A stretch of DNA of 64,000 nucleotides, taken from positions 19,743 to 83,742 of IMG/VR virus record IMGVR_UViG_2865833183_000001. One strand, 5' to 3'. This DNA is from a virus. Taxonomy: Duplodnaviria > Caudoviricetes. The notes under the pieces were generated by a model. That model made no database searches. It saw only the letters and a list, made by a program, of their open reading frames with translations, and was not told the DNA's origin. The stretch's first letter is position 1; each line of letters starts with the position of its first letter. The position numbers were made by a program, and so were the translations under genes. Shown piece by piece: positions 56,632 to 64,000 of the stretch.

Positions 56632-57249
56632 CTACTGGATGGTTCCGCTGAACTCGGGGAACTCCAGGTCGAAGTTCTCGGAGGAGCGCTGCACGGTCAC
56701 GACGATCTTCTTCCCGTACTTCGTCCCGAGCACGCTGTCGTCGTTCTTGGTGACGGTCATGCCGGGTGCGAGGCGCCCTTCGAGCGGATCTGACCCGGTC
56801 TCGTAGGTCGTGGTGGCTGCCTCGCCGCCGTTCGTTGCTCCCTCGACGATAAGTGACAGGTCGTCCAGCTTGGCCGCGGCCTTCCCGGTGTTCGTGAGCT
56901 TCAGCTCGACCCGGAACCCAGTCTCGCCCGGGTCAGGCGTGCTGTCGTACTCCCCGAACTTGGTGACTTCTCGGGCGTCAACGACGGAGACCTTGAGCCC
57001 GTCCGGCCAGGTGTACGTCTTCCCGAAAGCGAGCCCTGTGCTCGACTGCTCGGCCGGCGCGGGCTTCTCGTCGGCGCAGTGCTCGACCCAGGCAGCCTGG
57101 TCGCCGTTCGGGTCGTCGCAGTCGAACGACGTCTTCCCCGCGGCCTTCGGTTTCGCGTCCTTGCTGCTGTCCTTGTTGTCCGAGCCGCTGCAGGCCGTGA
57201 GCGGCAGGCTGGCGGCCAGGATGAGCGCGGCGATAGCGCATCTGCGCAT
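56632..57249 (-). CDS. Lipoprotein (DUF4352-like Ig-fold)
   Basis: Signal with lipobox LTAC; LAFG....WPDG...LTNTG...LAPG. Confidence 0.78.
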   Translation of the reverse strand: MRRCAIAALILAASLPLTACSGSDNKDSSKDAKPKAAGKTSFDCDDPNGDQAAWVEHCADEKPAPAEQSSTGLAFGKTYTWPDGLKVSVVDAREVTKFGEYDSTPDPGETGFRVELKLTNTGKAAAKLDDLSLIVEGATNGGEAATTTYETGSDPLEGRLAPGMTVTKNDDSVLGTKYGKKIVVTVQRSSENFDLEFPEFSGTIQ

Positions 57250-57465
57250 GGTGCCCCCCTTGGTTGGTACGTGCGGGATGACCGTAGCCGTGCCGACTGG
57301 ATGGTGAAGGGGGTGTGGTCGATTGGTAGCCGAGTTGTGATGAGGTATGCGAGGTTGGGGCGGCGATTGACCAGCCCCACTCTTGAGTGATCTTCCTGTC
57401 GTTCTCGACCGCCTGCTCAGTCGCCCGCGATACGACCGTGCTGACCCCCATCGAGGAGGAGCAGC

Positions 57466-58128
57466 ATGGGAAAACTTAAGGCGCTGGCGGTCGGTGTTGC
57501 GGCAGCGGCAGCTCTGGCCGGCTCGGCGCCCGCGGCGTCTGCGGACCCGGGCGAGGTGGTGCACACAACGCTGCGGCAGGCGATCGCCGACCTACCCGTC
57601 GCGGACGAGAACCGCACCGGGTACGAGCGGACCAAGTTCAGGCACTGGGTGGACGCGGACCGGGACGGATGCAACACGCGCGCCGAGGTGCTGATCGAGG
57701 AGGCAGTGGAGCCACCTACGGTCAGCGCCGGCTGCGTGCTCACTGGCGGCACATGGCACTCCTACTACGACGACGCGGACCAAACTGAGGCCCGCGCCCT
57801 CGACATCGACCACATGGTCCCGTTGGCCGAAGCCTGGGACTCGGGGGCGTCGGCCTGGTCGGCGGGGGAGCGGCAGGCATACGCCAACGACCTCGACGAC
57901 GAACGCTCGCTGGTGGCGGTGACGGCGCGGGAGAACCGGCGGAAGGCTGATCAGGACCCGGCCGAGTGGCTGCCGTCCGCGACGGGGGCCCTCTGCCGGT
58001 ACGTGACGGAGTGGACGGCGGTCAAGACCCGCTGGGGTCTGTCGGCGGACTGGCGTGAGGCGGCGGCCCTGGTCGAGCTGGCAGCCGACTGCCCGGACGA
58101 GGAGCTGACGGTGGTCCTCGCCCGCTGA
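57466..58128 (+). CDS. Secreted DUF1524/HNH-family nuclease
   Basis: Signal peptide ending ASA; DIDHMVPLAEAWDSGA...N..K.DQDP.EW. Confidence 0.85.
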   Translation: MGKLKALAVGVAAAAALAGSAPAASADPGEVVHTTLRQAIADLPVADENRTGYERTKFRHWVDADRDGCNTRAEVLIEEAVEPPTVSAGCVLTGGTWHSYYDDADQTEARALDIDHMVPLAEAWDSGASAWSAGERQAYANDLDDERSLVAVTARENRRKADQDPAEWLPSATGALCRYVTEWTAVKTRWGLSADWREAAALVELAADCPDEELTVVLAR

Positions 58129-58145
58129 CCAGGTAGCCTGACACA

Positions 58146-58183
58146 GCGCCGCCCCCGCCTGCTTACCTCAGGCGGGGGCGGCG
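58146..58183. terminator. Hairpin between convergent genes
   Basis: CGCCGCCCCCGCCTG...CAGGCGGGGGCGGCG. Confidence 0.65.
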
Positions 58184-58195
58184 TGCTGCGTGCGC

Positions 58196-58417
58196 TCAGG
58201 CGTGGTCGAAGGTGACGGGCATCGCGTCGGGGGAGTCGGCGTCGGCCTCCCTCTTCGCGGCGAGGGCGTCGCGGAGTCCGAATCGGTTGCTGTACTGGCA
58301 GAAGGCGGCGTTCGCCTCGTCTCTCGCCTTGATGTACGCCTTGTAGGCGGCCTCATTCTCCGACATGACAGCACGAGACGCCCGTAGCGTCTCGATCAGG
58401 TCCGACCTGCTGGTCAT
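58196..58417 (-). CDS. Small hypothetical protein
   Basis: AAGGAG RBS; coupled chain. Confidence 0.55.
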   Translation of the reverse strand: MTSRSDLIETLRASRAVMSENEAAYKAYIKARDEANAAFCQYSNRFGLRDALAAKREADADSPDAMPVTFDHA

Positions 58418-58692
58418 GGCTTCTCCTTGTTGTCGTTGCTGCGGTTCAGGATCTCGGCGAGCCCGGCTTCGACGTCGAGCACCTGGCCCAGGTCAGCGAC
58501 GGTGCGGGTGTGGGCCTCGGTCAGGGCGCGGTTCAGAGCCTCGGCGGGCGGCTCCCCGACGCCGCCGCAGTCCTTCAGTCCGGCGGCGGCTGTCCCGTCG
58601 GGGTTCCGTGCCCAATGTGAGCGCACTGTGCCGTCGCTCTTCAGCCGATAGGGGCGGCCACACACCTGGCAGTGTCCCTTCGGGGTGGTCAC
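58414..58692 (-). CDS. Small zinc-binding protein
   Basis: CQVCGR...H...C. Confidence 0.55.
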   Translation of the reverse strand: MTTPKGHCQVCGRPYRLKSDGTVRSHWARNPDGTAAAGLKDCGGVGEPPAEALNRALTEAHTRTVADLGQVLDVEAGLAEILNRSNDNKEKP

Positions 58693-58694
58693 GG

Positions 58695-58874
58695 TCAGCT
58701 CTCCTCGACGTCGTCGGCTTCGGCTCCGCAGCGGCGGCACTCGTTGCCCTCGCCGACCGGCGGGTAGTCGTGCTCGGGGTACGGCCGGCCGTCCCCGTCG
58801 ACGCATTCGTCTTCGAGCGGGAAGTAGTTCGCCTTCTCGCCGCCGACAGGCGGCATGTAGTCGGAGTAGGTCAC
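58695..58874 (-). CDS. Small acidic protein
   Basis: GAGGAG RBS; EHDY...CRRCG. Confidence 0.55.
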   Translation of the reverse strand: MTYSDYMPPVGGEKANYFPLEDECVDGDGRPYPEHDYPPVGEGNECRRCGAEADDVEES

Positions 58875-58933
58875 GGTGTCTCCTCTGTGTTGGTGGTGCG
58901 GCGGACCCACACGCGGACGTGGGCGGGGGAGGG

Positions 58934-59194
58934 TCAGGAGGTGGCGGACGGAAGGGCCTGCCTCCCGGCCTCGGTGATAGTCAGGGGCCGCTTGATGCCG
59001 CGCAGGGTTCCGTACTCGACCCATCCTCGCCGCACCAGCGCGTTCACTGTCGTCTTGGACATGGTGGTGCCGTCCGGCGCGATGATGTACCAAGTGCCGC
59101 TGTGCTCCCAGCGGTATGTGCCTCCCTTCGCGATGTGAGTGAGTGCTACCGCCTGCGGGGCAGTCGGCTCGGGCTGTTTCGTGGGCATGGTCAC
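58934..59194 (-). CDS. Small winged-helix-like protein
   Basis: TVNALVRRGWV...ITEAGR.AL. Confidence 0.55.
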   Translation of the reverse strand: MTMPTKQPEPTAPQAVALTHIAKGGTYRWEHSGTWYIIAPDGTTMSKTTVNALVRRGWVEYGTLRGIKRPLTITEAGRQALPSATS

Positions 59195-59502
59195 TTCTCC
59201 TCGTCCTTATGGTCCTTGCCGATGTGGTTGCGGATGCTGGCCGGAGCCCCGGCGTAGTTGCAGTGCGGGCACTGCTCCCAGACTCTCGCTCGAAGAGCCG
59301 TCTCCTTGAGGGAGTTGTGGGGGCCGAAGCCATGCTCGTCGAGGAGCCGCGCCACGGAGCCCTCGTACTTAAGAGCAAGGATCGCGGCTTCCGCCATCTT
59401 GTCGTGGCCCCGGGTGAAGAAGCTGCCGAGGCTCGTGTCCCTGTCGCAGCCACACCAGCACTTGCCGGTGGGGATGAGGCGGGGGGAGTCGTCGTGGCTC
59501 AT
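59191..59502 (-). CDS. Zinc-finger protein, probably leaderless
   Basis: CWCGC...F..GHD; CPHC...H...H; -10 TATCTT 5 nt before ATG. Confidence 0.7.
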   Translation of the reverse strand: MSHDDSPRLIPTGKCWCGCDRDTSLGSFFTRGHDKMAEAAILALKYEGSVARLLDEHGFGPHNSLKETALRARVWEQCPHCNYAGAPASIRNHIGKDHKDEEK

Positions 59503-59511
59503 ACTTCAAGA

Positions 59512-59544
59512 TAGCGCATCTTGATGCCCCATCAAGATGTGCTA
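59512..59544. promoter_or_regulatory. 33-bp inverted repeat (operator or recombination site)
   Basis: TAGCGCATCTTGATG-CCC-CATCAAGATGTGCTA, one mismatch. Confidence 0.65.
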
Positions 59545-59659
59545 ACAAGATTCCCGCAAGGGTGAGGGGTTGCGCAACGGCGCCCCGGGCGCCTGCGGTT
59601 GAACGGCGCGGCTCTCGATAACATGCCATATCGCGGGCGAAAAAACGGTACAATTAGAC

Positions 59660-60076
59660 ATGCCTCCAAACCCTCCTGATGAGTTGTTTGCTCGGCGCGC
59701 TTCCCGCCGAAGCAACAGAGTCCGCCGGGCCTCTCTGTCGAAGCCGATCGATGTGAAGACGGATGGCCCTCCAGCGTGGGCAACGCGATTCGTCATCCCG
59801 CGAGATGCGTGCGAAGCGTGCGCCCAGCACTGGCACCACCGGTGCTGGGGCGTCAACGTCCTCCTCGACCCCGTCCCCAACTGCCCGTGTGACTGCGGCC
59901 ACCGGAAAGACCCGATGCGACTCAGTGACGAAGCGTGGGCCGACCTCGCGATCCACGCCCCGGACCATGTCTGGATAGCCGCCATGTTCGAGCGGCAGCG
60001 CGCGGCAGGCATCCACGCCTGCGTCATGGACGACCAGGAGCGACACTGGGCCGCGCGTTGGGAGCGTGACCGATGA
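59660..60076 (+). CDS. Cys/His-rich hypothetical protein
   Basis: CEAC...HHRC...CPCDC. Confidence 0.55.
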   Translation: MPPNPPDELFARRASRRSNRVRRASLSKPIDVKTDGPPAWATRFVIPRDACEACAQHWHHRCWGVNVLLDPVPNCPCDCGHRKDPMRLSDEAWADLAIHAPDHVWIAAMFERQRAAGIHACVMDDQERHWAARWERDR

Positions 60077-60735
60077 CCGTCAACGTGCATCTCGGGGACG
60101 AGCAGGGTCTCGACCGCTCCCGTCGCTACCTCCGCCCCGTTGCTCGCCTCCAACTCCCCGACGAGCCGGATCTCGTGCACCTGGCCGTATACGAGTGGCT
60201 GCCGATGTTCGACGCATGGGCGACCGGCCCAGCCATCTGCGGACGCTCAACCGCACAGGGCCCGCTGACGGAGAGCGTCGAGGCGACCTGCGCGTCCTGC
60301 CTCGCATACGAGCCGAAGTACCGGACCGCACTGGACCGGCAGGCCGGGGTGATGCGAACGACGCAGGTGCCCGCCGCGAGCCTTGAAGAGCACGTCGCGG
60401 CCACCAAGTACTGGTTCGACGCCGCCGACGAACGGCGAGTCGAGCGCGATCAGCTCCGCACGAAGCTGAAGGCGATCACCGAAGCCACGATCCTGTGGCG
60501 CGACCGCACCGCCGGGGACGTCGGTCTGGCCATCGCTCTCGCCGGGATCCTGGACGCCGAAGCGCCCGAGCCTCCCGCCACGGCCGCTCTCGCTCGCGTG
60601 CGGAAGCTGCACAGGCCAGTCCTCTACACCGACCCCGTAGACGGGCAGCGCTCACAGCAGTGCGCCCACTGCTCCGACCACGCTCCCGTGCTGTACCCCT
60701 GCGACACTGTTCGCGCGATCGAGGAACGCCCGTGA
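60073..60735 (+). CDS. Phage hypothetical protein
   Basis: ATGA overlap; VRKLH...CAHC...YPC.T C-terminus. Confidence 0.65.
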   Translation: MTVNVHLGDEQGLDRSRRYLRPVARLQLPDEPDLVHLAVYEWLPMFDAWATGPAICGRSTAQGPLTESVEATCASCLAYEPKYRTALDRQAGVMRTTQVPAASLEEHVAATKYWFDAADERRVERDQLRTKLKAITEATILWRDRTAGDVGLAIALAGILDAEAPEPPATAALARVRKLHRPVLYTDPVDGQRSQQCAHCSDHAPVLYPCDTVRAIEERP

Positions 60736-60788
60736 CTGACCTCGTCCCGCGCCAGCCGGGCGCCACCCCCGCCGCCTACATCGCCTGA
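60732..60788 (+). pseudogene. Remnant duplicate of recombinase 5' end
   Basis: MTDLVPRQPGATPAAY-IA* versus recombinase MTDLQVTSSSDRSPAAY-DAA. Confidence 0.55.
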
Positions 60789-60801
60789 GAGGTTAGAACT
60801 C

Positions 60802-61185
60802 ATGACACATCAGCTGCCCCACCCGTTCGATGCCACAGTCGAAGACCTGACCCAAGCCGTGCAAGCCCTCCCGCGTGACCCGGTTTTGGTCCGTGACTAC
60901 GATCGGATCGAAGACCTTGTCGAATGGATCGGCAAAGCCGCAACCACTCTGAAAGGCGAACTGCCGCACCCAGGCGTGGAACTGCCGATCGGCCCCTCGC
61001 ATCCCGGCACCCGGGACGACGTGGTCACGGCCCTGGCATCCATCGCCGCCCTCGTCCCACCTGCACCTGACGCAGAAGCCGAGCACTTCGTATGGATCAG
61101 GGACTGGTCAGGATGGCTCTGGCACGCCGCCCGTAACGTCCGTCAGCGCGCCCCCCGTTACGACTACGAGGTGGAGCGCCCGTGA
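60802..61185 (+). CDS. Hypothetical protein
   Basis: GAGG RBS; GTGA overlap with recombinase. Confidence 0.6.
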   Translation: MTHQLPHPFDATVEDLTQAVQALPRDPVLVRDYDRIEDLVEWIGKAATTLKGELPHPGVELPIGPSHPGTRDDVVTALASIAALVPPAPDAEAEHFVWIRDWSGWLWHAARNVRQRAPRYDYEVERP

Positions 61186-62204
61186 CCGACCTGCAAGTCA
61201 CGTCGAGCAGCGACCGTTCCCCCGCTGCCTACGATGCTGCGACGCTCGCCGTCCTGCACGCCATGGAAGAGGCAGCCGAGAAGCACCTCGACGCCATCCG
61301 CCCCCACAACACCAAACGCGGCTACGCCAACGACTGGGCACTCTGGGAAGAGTTCCACGATTGGCTCGGCGAACGCACCGGGCAGGCCCTGCCGTTGACC
61401 GCCGTTACCAAGGGCACGCTCGTCGGGTTCGTCGTCTGGCTCGACACCATCAAGCTCGCCGCGCCCAACAGCATCGACCGCAGGATCACCGGCGTCACCG
61501 TCACCGCGCGAAACGACCACGGCGTCGAAGTCCCCAAGGCCGCCACCGTCGCTGCCCGCCAGGCCCTCAAGCCGCTGAAGAACGACCCCGAACGCGTGGC
61601 ACGCGGCCGAGGCAAAGCACCCGCCGCGACGCCCGAGCAGCTGCAGCAGATGAACGCCGCCGTCGCCGACGGACTCACCGGACTCCGCGACCGCGCCCTC
61701 TGGCTCATGGCCTTCGCCATCGCCGGCCGCTCCGCCGAGGTCGCCGCCCTCCGCGCCGAAACCATCGTCCACGTCAGCCAAGGACTCGAAGTCCACGTCC
61801 CCGCCGTCAAGGGCCGCCCGCCCCGGGATGTGGTCGTCGGCTACGGCAAGAACCCCGACACCTGCCCTGTCCGTGCCTGGCTTACTTGGCGCGCGGCAGC
61901 AGGCATCACCACGGGGCCCGCCTTCCTGCCCGTCACCGTCTGGGGCCAACTCGGCGACCGGGCCCTCTCGCCGGAGGCCGTCCGGGAGATCATCGCCCGC
62001 AATGCTGAACGGGCTGGCCTCTCCGTTCGCCTGACCGGCCACAGCATGCGAGCAGGGTTCATCACCACCTCACGCCGAGCAGGCAAGCGCGAGGAGAAGA
62101 TCCGCGCCCAGTCCGGCCACGCCGAGAACAGCCCCGCCTTCTGGGGCTACATTCGGGAAGCCGACAAGTGGACCGATGCCGCGTCCGAGGACATCGGCCT
62201 CTAA
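61182..62204 (+). CDS. Tyrosine recombinase (Cre/Xer-like)
   Basis: NT.RGY..DW core-binding domain; RDRAL...RSAE, K, HSMR, SGH, GY catalytic set. Confidence 0.92.
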   Translation: MTDLQVTSSSDRSPAAYDAATLAVLHAMEEAAEKHLDAIRPHNTKRGYANDWALWEEFHDWLGERTGQALPLTAVTKGTLVGFVVWLDTIKLAAPNSIDRRITGVTVTARNDHGVEVPKAATVAARQALKPLKNDPERVARGRGKAPAATPEQLQQMNAAVADGLTGLRDRALWLMAFAIAGRSAEVAALRAETIVHVSQGLEVHVPAVKGRPPRDVVVGYGKNPDTCPVRAWLTWRAAAGITTGPAFLPVTVWGQLGDRALSPEAVREIIARNAERAGLSVRLTGHSMRAGFITTSRRAGKREEKIRAQSGHAENSPAFWGYIREADKWTDAASEDIGL

Positions 62205-62223
62205 CTGAGGGGGAACCGCGCCC

Positions 62224-62463
62224 GTGGAACAGATACCGACCTACGACGTCACGCTCACCGGAGGGCCGCTCGACGGGAAGACCCTGCCTGTGTCTGGTGA
62301 TCCGATGGAACCCCCGGACAGCGTGGTAGTACAGCTTCCGCCGGAGAACCAACTGCAGGCGGTCTATACCCCCAGGGTGAACACTGACCCCGAGGGCGGT
62401 CCGTGGGTCTATCAGTACATCCGCACGGAACCGGTGCTGCGAGCGGACGACGCGAGCGCATAA
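62224..62463 (+). CDS. Small hypothetical protein
   Basis: LTGGPLDG motif; GAGG RBS. Confidence 0.6.
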   Translation: MEQIPTYDVTLTGGPLDGKTLPVSGDPMEPPDSVVVQLPPENQLQAVYTPRVNTDPEGGPWVYQYIRTEPVLRADDASA

Positions 62464-62731
62464 GGGAACGTTATGCGCTACCCCACCATGTGGAAGATCA
62501 GCGTCCGGCCCCTTCCCCACGCCGACCTTGAGGTGCGCTCTGTGGGTGGGCATCGCACGTCTTGCTCCCCAGGCGGAGTGTTGATCCCCCTCTGCGCCCC
62601 GTCTCGTGCGGGCGGGGCGCTTCGTCCCTCCCGGCCTCCCCACGGGAGGGCCGACGCCTGTCGGGCAGCGGCCCGAGAAAGTCTGTGCCGACCTGTGGCA
62701 TTACCGCCGGGCAGGGGCGCACCATGGCGCG

Positions 62732-62971
62732 ATGATTTCCGCATCGTTCACCGAGTTCGTCGAGAAGTACACGAAACCGTGCCCCGACCCCGAGTGCCCG
62801 TCGTGCAAGACGTTCGGCCTGCGAATGTACTGCCCGCCCGACGCGCCGGAGCGAGTCGTCTGCCTGAACCGGAACTGCCCGGACTACGAGCGTCTCGAGG
62901 GCATGCCCGACCCGAACTGGACTCGCTCGCTGCTCAGCCCTTGCCCGCCGCCCGACCGTCCCACGGACTGA
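62732..62971 (+). CDS. Small zinc-ribbon protein
   Basis: CPSC...CLNRNC. Confidence 0.5.
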   Translation: MISASFTEFVEKYTKPCPDPECPSCKTFGLRMYCPPDAPERVVCLNRNCPDYERLEGMPDPNWTRSLLSPCPPPDRPTD

Positions 62972-63062
62972 ACCTGGCCCTTCGGGCCCGGATGCCCCGT
63001 TCCTGGAGCTGCGAACAGGGCGGGGCGTTCTGCTGTCTCTCCGCTTGGGGGGCGCCGTGCTG

Positions 63063-63272
63063 TCACCACACGTCCGGTCCGCCACCGCGCCACTCGATGA
63101 GCGGCGACGCTTCGAGGTCCATGTCGTCGGCGTCGGGCAGGCCGGCCCGCCGTAGAAACTCCCGGAGATCGGCCTCACCGTAGGCGACTCCGAGGATGAC
63201 CCCATCCACGCGTACTCGCCGGCCGCCCGAAGCTGAGGGCGGCTGCACGACGACGCGCTGCACTCCGGCCAT
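63063..63272 (-). CDS. Small hypothetical protein
   Basis: PP...GGRRVRVDG.ILG.AY...EFLRRAGL...IEWRGGGP.VW. Confidence 0.65.
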   Translation of the reverse strand: MAGVQRVVVQPPSASGGRRVRVDGVILGVAYGEADLREFLRRAGLPDADDMDLEASPLIEWRGGGPDVW

Positions 63273-63595
63273 GCGTCCAGGGTGTGGCGAACCCGGACGA
63301 GCCGCACCCTACGGACGGCCGCCCGTGCCACACTGGTGTCGGCCCCCGCTGCATCCCCCGTCGGCGGGGGCCTCTTCACGCCCCGGCGCCGTCGGCACCC
63401 GCGCGTACCCTTGAATCATCTATCCGATTTACTGCGTGGGCTGCGCGGCTACTCGGATGCGAACCGCCCCGTCGAACCGGCGGGGCGGCGGCATGACGGG
63501 GGAGGCGTGAAAGTCACGGTCAGCGAGCTGGACCTGCATTACACAGGTCCAGCTTCCGGCATCTGAGCATCACTTTGGCGGTGCCGCCAAAGTGA

Positions 63596-63775
63596 TTACG
63601 CCGCCTCGGTGACCGGGCGCCGCTGGGCTGCTGCCCACGCCACGACGAGCCGCGCGTACTCGGCCCGCTCCGCCTCAAACAAAGGCCTCCCAGCCCGGTC
63701 CGCCATGAACCGACGGATCGCCTCATTCGCCGCAGCGGCAGGCGCCGCATCCGGGGGCGGGGGAGTCTCGGGCAT
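63596..63775 (-). CDS. Small hypothetical protein
   Basis: NEAIRRFM...EY.RL...WAAA. Confidence 0.55.
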   Translation of the reverse strand: MPETPPPPDAAPAAAANEAIRRFMADRAGRPLFEAERAEYARLVVAWAAAQRRPVTEAA

Positions 63776-63805
63776 GCGAACAAGCCTACGGGCAGGCAGT
63801 GACAA

Positions 63806-64000
63806 TCACCCCTGCCCGGCGGTCGGAGAGACGAAGCTCCCAAGCCCCGGCTCCGTGTAGATCAGACCCTCCTCGCGCAGCGCCCGGTGCACCTTCTGGC
63901 CCGTCGCGGTCGCGATGCCAAACTCCTGCTGCAGCGCCAGCACCGACGGGACGCGAGTCCGCGGCGGATACGTGCCGTCGGCGATCCGCTTACGCAGCAC
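63806..64000 (-). CDS. GntR-family wHTH regulator (5' part outside window)
   Basis: RIADGTYPP.TRVPS...EFGIA..T...LREEGL...PGLGSFV. Confidence 0.85.
   Translation of the reverse strand: MLRKRIADGTYPPRTRVPSVLALQQEFGIATATGQKVHRALREEGLIYTEPGLGSFVSPTAGQG

Larger units (their letters stand above)
1..64000. mobile_element. Temperate siphovirus (prophage or phage genome), actinobacterial host; ends not visible
   Basis: Ordered HNH-terminase-portal-capsid-tail-tape measure-lysis module, many small coupled early ORFs, tyrosine recombinase; no housekeeping genes seen. Confidence 0.92.

Noticed and set aside
61182-62204. Protelomerase or the element's primary integrase with att site
   Set aside because: 340 aa Cre/Xer-like size, no arm-binding domain recognised, no att duplication visible; phage-type genes continue downstream
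1-64000. CRISPR array, DGR or retron
   Set aside because: No regularly spaced repeat-spacer array and no reverse transcriptase motifs seen

Overview
High-GC actinobacterial DNA (Streptomyces-like, inferred from GC content and gene families) that is almost entirely a temperate siphovirus (prophage or phage contig). Neither element boundary nor a main replication module is visible. Layout: small early ORFs with structured intergenic elements (1-4.7 kb); two paralogous antitoxin/RelE-like pairs and accessory genes (5-10 kb); an AICE/plasmid-like module with a GntR(KorSA-like)/UTRA switch, excisionase-type HTH, Spd-like membrane protein, FtsK/TraB translocase and a candidate clt repeat locus (11-24 kb); late regulator and promoter; GT2 + sugar epimerase; HNH, terminase, portal, capsid, two GT4 glycosyltransferases embedded among head genes, tail genes with a GGGAAAG -1 frameshift, tape measure, lysis genes (25-54.6 kb); morons; and a Cre-like tyrosine recombinase (61-62 kb). 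The most striking signal is an operon of two tandem Y RNAs in front of a Ro60/TROVE gene (54.7-56.6 kb). Each RNA displays a canonical tRNA anticodon stem-loop (Pro-UGG; Gly-GCC), and the second is a complete circularly permuted tRNA, which suggests an anticodon-decoy RNP. Other notable items are a probable virion-glycosylation system and a phage that may also conjugate via TraB. Family assignments are from motif recognition by eye; no searches were run.
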